A stretch of DNA of 64,000 bases, taken from the NCBI GenBank assembly GCA_002269645.1, contig NIVC01000404.1, positions 62,001 to 126,000 of the forward strand, read 5' to 3'. The translations under genes were made by a program, and so were the position numbers. Each line of letters begins with the position of its first letter. The stretch's first letter is position 1. Of the stretch, positions 27,591-41,800 are shown piece by piece. Below the pieces are notes generated by a model. It did not search any database. It was not told the origin of the DNA and saw only the letters and a program-made list of their open reading frames with translations. The stretch comes from Macrostomum lignano. Taxonomy: Eukaryota.

Positions 27591-27965
27591 GCTGTTCGTC
27601 AAAGTGTTTTTTATTATTTATAATGATTTAAGTCTAAAAATAATAATCTTATAAACAAATTTGCATCGATTTTGCTGTGCTACAATAAAATCATACTATT
27701 TATTTAATAGTTTAATATTTAGTGTAAATAATACATAATTTTACTACAAAAAAGCTGTATCTAAATCACTAATAGTGTAATTGGAAGAATTTTTTGTAAT
27801 TAAATAAATATTAGTTCGATGCTTATATGTTTAAAAAAGAGATCGCCGTTCCCACTGATACTCGTATGGTACAAAATGTACTGTTAAAACGATAAACGTC
27901 AAGAATACATTTATTATACATGTCTACTGTTTATGTACAATATGTGTTTCTACTTCGTAGATTGC

Positions 27966-30900
27966 TCAGGGCCATCTGTAAAGTCGCTTTGCTTTTCCTT
28001 TGCTGGCTGCAGCTGCCTCTGCATTGTCATCGAACTCTGCAGCCTCGTGATTGTGATCGTCACGCCTTCTGGTGTGGTGATGGTGGCGCGAGGGCTTGTG
28101 ACTGGCGCCTGACGGTTTCTGAAATGACGGGTCGCAGCAGTCGTATGAGGTAAACGAGTTCGCCACTTCGGCAATCTACTGAAAATTGAGGCAACCCACT
28201 GAAGATTGGCAACCCACTGAAGATTGGCAACCCACTGAAGATTGGCAACCCACTGAAGATTGGCAACCCACTGAAGATTGGCAACCCACTGAAGATTGGC
28301 AACCCACTGAAGATTGGCAACCCACTGAAGATTGGCAACCCACTGAAGATTGGCAACCCACTGAAGATTGGCAACCCACTGAAGATGGTGACAACCTACT
28401 AAAATTGAGGCAAACCACTGAAGATTGGCAACCCACTGAAGATTTTGACAACCCACTGAAGATTTTGGCAACCCACTGAAGATTGTGGCAACCCACTGAA
28501 GATTGTAGCAACCCACTGAAAATTGGCAACCCACTGCAGAATGGCAACCCACTGAAGACTGTGGCAACCCACTGAAGATTTTGGCAACCCACTAAAGATA
28601 GTGGCAACCCACTGCAGATTGTGGCAACCCACTGAAAATAGTGGCAACCCACTGAAGATAGTGGCAACCCACTGAAAATAGTTGCAACCCACTGAAGATA
28701 GTGGCAACCCACTGAAGATAGTGGCAACCCACTGAAGATTGTGGCAACCCAAGATGATGGTCTTCGAATAAGTAATTAGTGAAAGTATTAAGTGTCAATA
28801 TGTGAATAAAAGTTCGTGATAGTTAGCTTAAAGTTTTTTATACGCAAAATAATTCACAATAACTTATAGAAACTTTCCGTTGGCCTGCCTTTGCGTTTTG
28901 TCTTGAAATGGAAGCTACTTCAAGTAATAAAAATGTGTGTGAAAATAATATTTTTGTTGTACGTGTTAGCAGTGAAACAAATAGAAATGAATATCATAGG
29001 ATTTATTTAGCAGAGAAGGTTTATTGCAGCTTGCTAAGGTATGTACCGTGCTGAGCTACTTTTAATAGTATGACTTCTTGCCGTCAATGTATTGCTTTAA
29101 CTGAAAAATTAAGTAGTGTGTGCTTGTATCCTACTGCTACGCTTGATGGATGTCTCACAGTCACTACCAACGTAACATAGTCATTCAGTCAACTCTATCA
29201 CTCAGTCACCCAGTCACTTAGTTATTGAGTCACCAGTCCACAGAGACACTGAGTCACTCAGTCATTTTGTCACTCAGTCACTCAGTCACTCAGTCATTCA
29301 GTCACTTAGTCACTCAGTCATTCAGTCACATAGTCACTCAGTCACCCAGTCACTTATTTATTGAGTCACCAGTCCACTCAGTCACTGAGTCACTCAGTCA
29401 TTTTGTCACTCAGTCACTCAGTCATTCAGTCACTTAGTCACTCAGTCATTCAGTCACATAGTCACTCAGTCACTCTATCACTCAGTCACCCAGTCACTTA
29501 TTTATTGAGTCACCAGTCTACTCAGTCACCAGTCTACTCAGTCACTGAGTCACTCAGTCATTTTGTCACTCAGTCACTCAGTCACTCAGTCATTCAGTCA
29601 CTTAGTCACTCAGTCATTCAGTCACATAGTCACTCAGTCACCCAGTCACTTATTTATTGAGTCACCAGTCCACTCAGTCACTGAGTCACTTAGTCATTTT
29701 GTCACTCAGTCACTCAGTCATTAAGTAACATAGTCACTCAGTCAACTCGATCACTCAGTCACCCAGTCACTTAGTTATTGAGTCACCAGTCCACTCAGTC
29801 ACTGAGTCACTCAGTCATTTTGTCACTCAGTCATTCAGTCACTTAGTCACTCAGTCATTCAGTCACATAGTCACTCAGTCACTTGGTCAACTTAGTAACT
29901 CGGTATGTTAGTCACTCGATCAGCCACTTGATCAATCAATCACATACTAAATTAGTGAATGAATAAGCCAGAGAGCCATGTATAGACAATTTATAATGAA
30001 AATTCCATAAAAGTTCACAACTCACAACTCGCAACGCGTCGAGTTTGTCCGTCAGCCTCTCCTTCTCCCTGGCCCAATCTTTGGCCTTGTCGGCAACTTG
30101 CTTCTCCAACGAGGCGATCCTGGTCTCGGCTCTGTCCAGCAGCTGGTACAGCTCCATCCGTTCGGCGTCGTCCATGCCAACGTCGGCGCCGTCGCCTCTC
30201 GCAGAGGATCGCATCTGGGACAGCTCCTCGCGAAGTCGACGATTCTCTTCGGCTAGAGCCCTGGATATGGTGTCGTTTGACTTCTTGCCGCCGCTGTCGT
30301 TTAGCAAGGCTTCCATTCGTTCGATAACCTGCTCCTGTTTCATGCAGGCGCCCTCCAGCTGACGGACTTTGTCTGCTTTTGCCTGCGGATTAATAAAAGT
30401 ACGAGCTAATAATAGTCATTATTATTGTCTTGTAGAATAAAATTGGGTTGATTTTTCATTATTTAACTTATTTTTTCTTTTGTTTCTACTATGAGTAGAG
30501 TAATTATTAAAGTTTATATATTCTAATGTAAGTTAAACTGTTTATACTATAGTAGTGTCATCTTATCACTTTATTTATCGATCGTGCCACTACGATCCTG
30601 CCAGCACTCGTATCTAACACAGAAATGTCACTATCTAACACAGAAGTGCCACTATCTAACACAGAAGCCTCACTATGTAACACAGAAGCCTCACTATCTA
30701 ACAAAGAAGCCTCACTATCTAACACAGAAGTGCCACTATCTAACACAGAAGCCTCACTATGTAACACAGAAGCCTCACTATCTAACAAAGAAGCCTCACT
30801 ATCTAACACAGAAGTGCCACTATCTAACACAGAAGCCTCACTATGTAACACAGAAGCCTCACTATCTAACAAAGAAGCCTCACTATCTAACACAGAAGTG

Positions 30901-33900
30901 CCATTATCCAACACAGAATCGCCACCATGTAACATAAAGTTTCTAGTAGCGCTAACACTGTATCTAACATATAATAATTAGCATCTAAAAGCATTTATTC
31001 TAAAAGTGACTAGATGAAAGGTTACAATAGGAGAAATCACCTGCAGCTGCTGGATGAGACGCTGCTGGCTCGCGTGAGCAGGCCCAACTCCGGTTCCGCC
31101 TCTGCCGCTATCCTGTTGCTGTCTGATGAGCTCATTCTGCAACTGTTGCACCTTTTCTCGGTACTGACCCACCTGAGAGGCCGTGCTCATCAGTTTGTTC
31201 TTCATCGCGGCTGTAGAGTAAGTGTTTTGAAGTATTGAGCGGAAATGAAAAATGTAATATAATATAATAAATGTAATATATAATTGGCGGCAACATCAAA
31301 GAATCGATAAGAAGTGATTGTAAATTGGCGGCAATCATCAAAGAATTGATAAGAAGGTGTTATAAATTATCGCCAAGCATCAAATAATTGATAAGGTGTT
31401 TTAAATTGGCGGCAACATCTGTCAAGTCGCGCCCAGTAAACGATGACAAGGCCGCCCGTGGGCTTGGTTTGAGTCAAGTACGAAGTTGTGTATTTGAGAT
31501 GAGCGAATTATTGCAATGATTGTGAGATACGAGGTGGTAGGTGGCGAGACCAATATATAGGCTTAAAAGACAAACAAGTAAGTGGGCTTAAAACTCAGAA
31601 TCGATCACTACTGAATATAATCATGTCAAGGGGGAGAGAGAGAAAGTACGCAGAGCAGCGTACACCGGAGTAGGCCGGTTTGGTTAGTTAGGCTGGCTGG
31701 CTAGTTAGAGTTACTCATTATTGGACTCAGGTGAGTCAGGTGCAGTGCAGTACATCAAAACACGCCCGGCACCTCAACATCAAATAATTGATAAGAAGGT
31801 ATTATAAATTGGTGGCAACATCAAATAATTGATAAGGTGTTATAAATTGGCGGCAACATCAAATAATTGATAAGAATAAGAAGGAGTTGTAAATTGGCGG
31901 CAGCATTTAAGAATCGATGAGAAGGTGATTGTAAATTGGTAGCAAGCATCAAAGGATTGATAAGGGTTGATTTTAAATTGGCGGAAACATTAAATAATCG
32001 ATAAAAGACAGTTGTAAATTGGCGGAAACATCAGAGTCGATAAAGAGGCAGTTGTAAACTGGCGGCAGCATCAAAGAATCGATAAGAGGTGATTGTAAAC
32101 TGGCGGAAATATCAAAGGATTCTGAAGTAGCTAGGACTCAAAAGTTCCAACCCAAGCCCGTCTCACCATATCTAGCAATGAGGTCGGCCTTCGGCAGATC
32201 CTCAAAGTCTCCTCCATCGCCAGCCAGCAGCTGCTGAGTGTCGCCGTACTGACCAACGTCGCGTTTCAACGCCGCATTCTCCATTTCGAGCTCGCGGATT
32301 CGATCCTGCAGAGCCAGAATGTCTTGGCCCATCTTGCGCATCGCGTCGCGATAGCGTTCCAGCTCGCCGAGCTCAGCGGATGCCTCGGGCAGAGGCGCTA
32401 GCTGGCGCTGAGGCTGACGGCGACCGGTCGACGCGGCGCCTGGCTGGTGGCGCGGGCGCGAGGCCGGGAAGATGTAGTCGTACTCGGGTAGGACCGACTC
32501 GACCGCATTCTCGGCTGGCAGATCGCCGTCGGTGATTGGCTGATGATGACGAAAGGAGGCAGGGAAGGAGAGAGCTAACTAGGCTGATGAAGGCATATTC
32601 TAGTTGCATCGTGAGTTTGCTCGTGTAATCAATTTAAAGGCTGAGGTTTAACTTGACAACCTAGTGACAGTAGCGATAACCCACTGACATCAGCGACAAC
32701 CCACTAGCACTGACGGTAGCGACAACCCACTAGCACTGACGGTAGCGACAACCCACTAGCACTGACGGTAGCGACAACCCACTAGCACTGACGGTAGCGA
32801 CAACACACTGACATTAGTGACAACCCACTAGCACTGACGGTAGCGAAATCCCACTGACATTAGTGACAACCCACTAGCACTGACGGTAGCGACAACCCAC
32901 TGGCACTGAAGGTAGCGACAACCCACTGACAGTAGCGACAACCCACTGACAGTCTACCGACAACCCACTGACAGTCTACCGACAACCCGATGATAGTGGC
33001 GACAACCCACTTACGGTAGCGACAACCCAGTACGAAGTTCCATAGCCCTACCTCGCTGGTGTACGGTCTGTAGTACAGAGTGGCCATCAGTGAGTGTCGT
33101 GCAGAAGCCCCAAGGCTGAGGCGAAGCAAATCCTTTGAGTCAAAATTGACTCAATCCAATACTGTATTTTGCTTTTAATTTGGTCCAGTAACAAAGGTGA
33201 GAGAGAGCGAAATTTTTTGCACAATAGAATTTAAACTTTTTCTGTGCTTTTGGGCTGGTTGGGCGAACGGGTTAGAGAGGTCCCTTGAGCATTCAATCCA
33301 TTGTACAGTGCCCGCGCACAAGAAATGAGTACAGTTGTCTCCTTAGATACCGCGAAACAACTCTGCTTTTTGTAAGCTTGTGCTCAATCTCTCACCCTTT
33401 CTGCCTCTAGCCCTGTTTCTCTTCAATGCTGCATCTCTGGCCTTTGAATTTTCAGTGTATTAACTCTTTCAACAACCCTCACGCCTCAGCTGTCAAAGTT
33501 AACTCTGCACTAAGCATCAGTGCACTAAATGGAAAGAATATCCAAACACGATTCAGGAAATTTTCTTGAAGGATTTTGGGGAAGATTAAAAAAACTTGTC
33601 AGGAAAGATTCAGAGAGAATTTTTGAAAACATTCAGGAAAAGATTTAGGGAGATTCAGTAGATTATTCAGGGAAGATTCAGAAAAAGATTCATGGACGAT
33701 TCAGGGAACATTCAGGGAACATTTAGAACAAGATTCAGAACAATATTCAGGGAAGATTCAGGGAAGATTCAGGGAAGATTTAGGAAAGATTCAGGAAAGA
33801 TTCAGGGAAGATTCAGGGAAGATTCAGGGAAGATTCAGGGAAGATTCAGGGAAGATTCAGGGAAGATTCAGGGAAGATTCAGGAAAGATTCAGGAAAGGT

Positions 33901-35530
33901 TCAGGGAAGATTCAGGGAAGATTCAGGGAAGATTCAGGGAAGATTCAGGAAAGATTCAGGGAAGATTCAGGGAAGATTCAGGAAAGATTCAGGGAAGATT
34001 CAGATAAGATTCAGGGAAGATTCAGGGAAGATTCAGAACAAAATTCAGAACGAGATACAGAGTAGATTCAGATAAGATTCAGGGAACAGTCAGGGAAGAT
34101 TGAGAACAAGATTCAGAACAAGATTCAGGGAGGAGTCAAGGAAGATTCAGGACAAGATTCAGGAGGTAGTGCAAAAAGAAAAAGTTGACTCTCCGTCAAC
34201 AACAGTCTCACCAGTTTCTTTCTCTGCTTTCGCTTCATCGCCACAGACAGATCCTTGTACGGATCCCATTCCCAGTCCAGCCCGATCCTGGACTTATCGT
34301 CTCCACCAGTCGCCTCGTACGGTCCGTCGCCTTCTTGATCGACAAAGTCCTGAGTCGGCACCTCCAGATGAGTTGGCTCAAAATGCGGCAGACTGGTTGC
34401 CAGGTCGGGCGAGCGCAGAAACTCTGGACTGAGAGTCTCCGGCGAGGCGTCTTCGTGAAGGCGAAGCACCAGACCTACCGTGGGCAGCTTGCCAGTGCTG
34501 GACCGGAGTGAGCCGCCCTGGAAAAGTTGAATTATATTTAAATTCGCGCCAAAATTTACATCAACAAATACAAGCGTATTTAAACAAAAAAGTTTTACTT
34601 TTATTTTTAAAACGTATTTTTAAAAAGTCTATCTAAAATAAAATGACCATTTTGTTTAACTATGCTTTTAATGTCTAGTTTTTGGCGCCGATTAGAATAT
34701 ATTTAAAAAATCAATTATATGAAATCGGGCTAGCTCATAAAACGTTATAGCCTGTTTTTGAAGAAACTATATTAAATTAAAATTAATAATTTGTTTAACT
34801 ATGCTGTCTAATTACATTAACGTCCAATTTTTAGCGCCAGTTCAAATGTTTTTTTTCCATCGGGTTCATAAAACGTTACATGCTGTTTTCAAAAAATCAA
34901 TTGAAAATTGAGAATAATAATTAGTTTAACTAATACATAAACGTCCAATTTTTGGCGTCGATTTGAATATATTTTAAAAAATCAGGTTTATGAAACGTTA
35001 TACTAAAAAACTACTATACTTTCTAGATTGTTTACTCTTCCTCACCTGAACAGGCAGCTCAACAAGCAGGCCTTTGCGACCGCTGACTCCCGTGAGCTCC
35101 CTATAGGCTTTATTGTCGAGCACCAGGGCGGAGTAGCCCACCGGTTTAGTTGATCGCCATTCAACTTCGTTCACCGCCTGATTGTTAAAATCGTAGAATT
35201 CTATGACTAGGGCGGCGCCCACGGTGAACAGGGTGGCCAGTTCGCGCTGGTCGCAGAACAGGAACGGGTGGTGCCACCGGGGCTGCACCACCGGCTTGCC
35301 GGGCAGGGTCACCTGGATTGGGGAATGCGAGGATGAGGAAAGTACCACAGGTAGCTGTATATCCGTTGTAATAAAACATAGAATGAGTGGGACGAAATGG
35401 TATACAGACAGACAGACAGACAGACAGTCAGACAGACAGACAGACAGACAGTCAGACAGACAGACAGTCAGACAGACAGACAGAAAGACAGACACGGACA
35501 GACAGACAGACAGACAGAAAGACAGACACG

Positions 35531-35570
<40 letters not shown>

Positions 35571-35717
35571 CACAGACAGACAGACACACAGACAGACAGA
35601 CAGACAGACAGACAGTCAGACAGACAGACAGTCAGACAGACAGACAGAAAGACAGACACGGACAGACAGACAGACAGACAGAAAGACAGACACGGACAGA
35701 CAGACAGACAGACAGTC

Positions 35718-35802
<85 letters not shown>

Positions 35803-38800
35803 GGCAGACAGACAGGCCGTTACCTGGGACTGTCCCTGTCCGGTCCAGCGGTCGCTAACAAAGAAGGTGGTCGGATGCGGATTGGGAAACTGGGCGGTCG
35901 TCAGCTCCAGGCCGGAATTCCTAAACGCCAGCAGTCTGTTAACGAAATTGTAATAATCCGAGACCACCTTGGCAACAGCGATGAGGGCTCCGGCAGGATT
36001 CTGCAACGGGTGCCGCACGGCAACCAGACACGCCTCCAAAGCTTTGTAGTTGATGCCGATGCCGGAGTCGCTGGGCAACTTGGATTGCTTGCGAATTAAT
36101 GTAGCAAAGAAGCGACCCTGCTCTCCGTTGAACTGTAAGAAACAGAAAATGTTTTGAATATATGGATTTTCGTCCACATTTCCATATACTACAAATTATG
36201 TACTATAAATACAAATACGGTTAATGGAGAGGGAGAGATCGAGAGGGAGATGGAGACGGAGATGGAGAGGGAGATGGAGAGGGTGAGATGGAGAGGAAGA
36301 GATGGAGAGGGGTTGGAGAAGGAGAGTTGGAGACGGAGAGATGGAGAGGGAGAGATAGAGAGGGAGATGGAGAGGGAGATGGAGAGGGTGAGATGGAGAG
36401 GAAGAGATGGAGAGGGAGATGGAGAGGGGGTGGAGAAGGAGAGATGGAGAGGGAGAGATAGAGAGGGAGATGGAGAGGGAGATGGAGAGGGTGAGATGGA
36501 GAGGAAGAGATGGAGAGGGGGTGGAGAAGGAGAGATGGAGAGGGGGTGGAGAAGGAGAGATGGAGAGGGAGATGGAGAGGGTGAGATGGAGAGGGTGAGA
36601 TGGAGAGGGTGAGATGGAGAGGAAGAGATGGAGAGGGGTGGAGAAAGAGAGATGGAGAGGGGGTGGAGAAGGAGAGATGGAGAGGGGGTGGAGAAGGAGA
36701 GATGGAGAGGGGATGGAGAAGGAGAGATGGAGAGGGGGTGGAGAAGGAGAGATGGAGAGGGGGTGGAGAAGGAGAGATGGAGAGGGGGTGGAGAAGGAGA
36801 GATGGAGAGGGGATGGAGAAGGAGAGATGGAGAAGGGGTGGAGAAGGAGAGAGGGAGAGGGAGAGATAGAGAGGGAGATGGAGAGGGAGATGGAGAGGGG
36901 GTGGAGAAGGAGAGATGGAGAGGGGGTGGAGAAGGAGAGATGGAGAGGGTGAGATGGAGAGGGGGTGGAGAAGGAGAGATGGAGAGGGAGATGGAGAGGG
37001 TGAGATGGAGAGGGTGAGATGGAGAGGAAGAGATGGAGAGGGGGTGGAGAAGGAGAGATGGAGAGGGAGATGGAGAGGGTGAGATGGAGAGGGTGAGATG
37101 GAGAGGAAGAGATGGAGAGGGGTGGAGAAGGAGAGATGGAGAGGCACTGTATCGGACACCTCTATATTGAACTGGACATCAATGTACTGACCCGGGCACT
37201 TCATGCAGACAAACCCCTGGCCACGACAAACCTTGTGCATATTGACGTGATAATTGTGAAACGGCTGCAGACTGCCAACCGGGATGCGGAATTCGTGAAT
37301 GAGCTCCCGCGTGTCTTTGTCACCAATCTTTATCACAATAACTTCGTCTGGCGCTCGATTGGCGTCCATAACAACGTTGATCATCTCCTCCCAGGATGGA
37401 CTGTCCGAGGCCTTGATGGTGGAATGAGTGACGCCTTGGGCTGGCCTGCCCGCGTCTTCGTCCGACTTGCTTTGCCTGTCAAAGCAGATAATCAGATATG
37501 ATTGATAAATCGGGTAAACAGCGGGAGTAACTATTACTCTAATTTTAAAAGCAATTGCGTCGTCACCTTTTCAAAAACTGCTAACTTTGAAGTCAACTGC
37601 CACAATTACTGCTAACTGACACTCACTGTTATCGCTAACTGACACTCACCATTATCGCTAACTGACACTGACTGTTATCGCTAACTGACACTCACCATTA
37701 TCGCTAACTGACACTCACCATTATCGCTAACTGACACTCACCATTATCGCTAACTGACACTCACCATTATCGCTAACTGACACTCACTGTTATCGCTATC
37801 TGACAATCACTGTTATCGCTAACTGACACTCACCATTATCGCTAACTGACACTCACCATTATCGCTAACTGACACTCACCATTAACGCTAACTGACACTC
37901 ACCATTATCGCTAACTGACACTCACTGTTATCGCTAACTGACACTCACCATTATCGCTAACTGACACTGACTGTTATCGCTAACTGACACTCACTGTTAT
38001 CGCTAACTGACACTCACTGTTATCGCTAACTGACACTCACTGTTATCGCTAACTGACACTCACCATTATCGCTAACTGACACTCACCATTATCGCTAACT
38101 GACACTCACCATTATCGCTAACTGACACTCACCATTATCGCTAACTGACACTCACCATTATCGCTAACTGACACTCACCATTATCGCTAACTGACACTCA
38201 CTGTTATCGCTAACTGACACTCACCATTATCGCTAACTGACACTCACTGTTATCGCTATCTGACAATCACTGTTATCGCTAACTGACACTCACCATTATC
38301 GCTAACTGACACTCACCATTATCGCTAACTGACACTCACCATTATCGCTAACTGACACTCACCATTATCGCTAACTGACACTCACTGTTATCGCTAACTG
38401 ACACTCACCATTATCGCTAACTGACACTGACTGTTATCGCTAACTGACACTCACTGTTATCGCTAACTGACACTCACTGTTATCGCTAACTGACACTCAC
38501 TGTTATCGCTAACTGACACTCACCATTATCGCTAACTGACACTCACCATTATCGCTAACTGACACTCACTGTTATCGCTAACTGACAATCACTGTTATCA
38601 CTAACTGACACTCACCATTATCGCTAACTGACACTCACTGTTATCGCTAACTGACACTCACCATTATCGCTAACTGACACTCACTGTTATCGCTAACTGA
38701 CACTCACCATTATCGCTAACTGACACTCACTGTTATCGCTAACTGACACTCACCATTATCGCTAACTGACACTCACCATTATCGCTAACTGACACTCACC

Positions 38801-41800
38801 ATTATCGCTAACTGACACTCACTGTTATCGCTAACTGACACTCACTGTTATCGCTAACTGACACTCACTGTTATCGCTAACTGACACTCACCATTATCGC
38901 TAACTGACACTCACTGTTATCGCTAACTGACACTCACCATTATCGCTAACTGACACTCACTGTTATCGCTAACTGACACTCACCATTATCGCTAACTGAC
39001 ACTGACTGTTATCGCTAACTGACACTCACTGTTATCGCTAACTGACACTCACTGTTATCGCTAACTGACACTCACCATTATCGCTAACTGACACTCACCA
39101 TTATCGCTAACTGACACTCACCATTATCGCTAACTGACACTCACTGTTATCGCTAACTGACACTCACCATTATCGCTAACTGACACTCACCATTATCGCT
39201 AACTGACACTCACTGTTATCGCTAACTGACACTCACCATTATCGCTAACTGACACTCACTGTTATCGCTAACTGACACTCACTGTTATCGCTAACTGACA
39301 CTCACTGTTATCGCTAACTGACACTCACCATTATCGCTAACTGACACTCACCATTATCGCTAACTGACACTCACTGTTATCGCTAACTGACACTCACCAT
39401 TATCGCTAACTGACACTCACCATTATCGCTAACTGACACTCACTGTTATCGCTAACTGACACTCACCATTATCGCTAACTGACACTCACTGTTATCGCTA
39501 ACTGACACTCACTGTTATCGCTAACTGACACTCACTGTTATCGCTAACTGACACTCACCATTATCGCTAACTGACACTCACCATTATCGCTAACTGACAC
39601 TCACTGTTATCGCTAACTGACACTCACTGTTATCGCTAACTGACACTCACTTATCGCTAACTGACACTCACTTATCGCTAACTGACACTCACTGTTATCG
39701 CTAACTGACACTCACTGTTATCGCTAACTGACACTCACTGTTATCGCTAACTGACACTCACTGTTATCGCTAACTGACACTCACTGTTATCGCTAACTGA
39801 CACTCACTGTTATCGCTAACTGACACTCACTGTTATCGCTAACTGACACTCACCATTATCGCTAACTGACACTCACCATTATCGCTAACTGACACTCACT
39901 GTTATCGCTAACTGACACTCACCATTATCGCTAACTGACACTCACCATTATCGCTAACTGACACTCACTGTTATCGCTAACTGACACTCACTGTTATCGC
40001 TAACTGACACTCACTGTTATCGCTAACTGACACTCACTGTTATCGCTAACTGACACTCACTGTTATCGCTAACTGACACTCACTGTTATCGCTAACTGAC
40101 ACTCACTGTTATCGCTATCTGACACTCACTGTTATCGCTAACTGACACTCACTGTTATCGCTAACTGACACTCACTGTTATCGCTAACTGACACTCACTG
40201 TTATCGCTAACTGACACTCACTATTATCGCTAACTGACATTCACTGTTATCGCTATCTGACACTCACCATTATCGCTAACTGACACTCACCATTATCGCT
40301 AACTGACACTCACTGTTATCGCTAACTGACACTCACCATTATCGCTAACTGACACTCACCATTATCGCTAACTGACACTCACCATTATCGCTAACTGACA
40401 CTCACCATTATCGCTAACTGACACTCACCATTATCGCTAACTGACACTCACTGTTATCGCTAACTGACACTCACTGTTATCGCTAACTGACACTCACTGT
40501 TATCGCTAACTGACACTCACCATTATCGCTAACTGACACTCACTGTTATCGCTAACTGACTCTCACTGTTATCGCTAACTGACACTCACTGTTATCACTA
40601 ACTGACACTCACTGTTATCACTAACTGACACTCACCATTATCGCTAACTGACACTCACTGTTATCACTAACTGACACTCACTGTTATCGCTAACTGACAC
40701 TCATTGTTATCACTAACTGACACTCACTGTTATCGCTAACTGACACTCACTGTTATCACTAACTGACACTCACCATTATCGCTATCTGACACTGATACCT
40801 ACATGTTATTACATTTGCTAATTTTCTAATCGCTAACCAAACCATAGTCAACCTTCGTGAAATTCGATTCAACTTCAACATTAGAAAGACACTCACACAG
40901 TCACGTAGGTCCTTGGCATCCTATGCTTACTAGGATGCTTCATGTCGTTACCGCCGTGCACAATCACCGTGACCTCCTCTTTGCCTTCGTCAGACACCAG
41001 CCGCCAGCCGCCCTGAAGCGGATCAACTGACCGATGCTCCAAGTTGGGATCCTCTCGAAGCCTCTGCGGCGGAGCGTGGTCACCTCTCGGTGTCTTCCGT
41101 TCCGGCGGCTGCTTCTGAGCCGGCTGAGGCGGCGGCTTCAACTGTTCCGGCGGCTTCTTGCGAACCGGCGGCCGAGGCTGCGGCTCAGGGGGACCATCTT
41201 CGTCCACTTCGATTGGCCAGGCTTCGCTGAGTTGGCAGGTGAAATTAAGCGAGCCGCAGTGCATGTGGAGATGATCCTAAATTGGATTGTTGGATGTGGG
41301 AGATGCGAGCTTGTAGCAACTAATTTGTAGCTCGCATTGCCAATGTACTTAGTATGCTGTCTGGAGTAAGCGAACGGATTTTGCTGCGCTGTGCGTTTTC
41401 TTGGTTGTCAAAATGCTACTTGCTCCTCATCAAATAAGTTAACAGCTTAATACTTCTTTGATCGCCTACTAGCAACTGATTTTTCGCAACCCCTATAGCA
41501 CTAATAACAAAAATAATAATTGATTTCACCTGCCCTAATGGGCAGATGTGCAACCGACAGCTCAGCTGCAGCTATTGCGCGGCGCATCTGAAGGCTGCGT
41601 ACGGCTGTTCAGTCCACGGACTGGGGGGGGGGGGTCGCCAAACACACCCTCAATTACCCCAGCTAATGCTGGTACTCATTTTAGGGTCGCTTTCACAAGA
41701 CCGAAATTTCATAACGCCAAAAGACACCTGCCTTAACAAGACCGAAATTTCCTAAAGCCAAAAGACACCTGCCTTCACAAGACCGAAATTTCCTAAAGCC

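Noticed and set aside
37611-40794. CRISPR-like appearance of regular 23-42 bp repeats here and elsewhere
   Set aside because: Units are head-to-tail with no unique spacers, there are no cas genes, and the context is eukaryotic.
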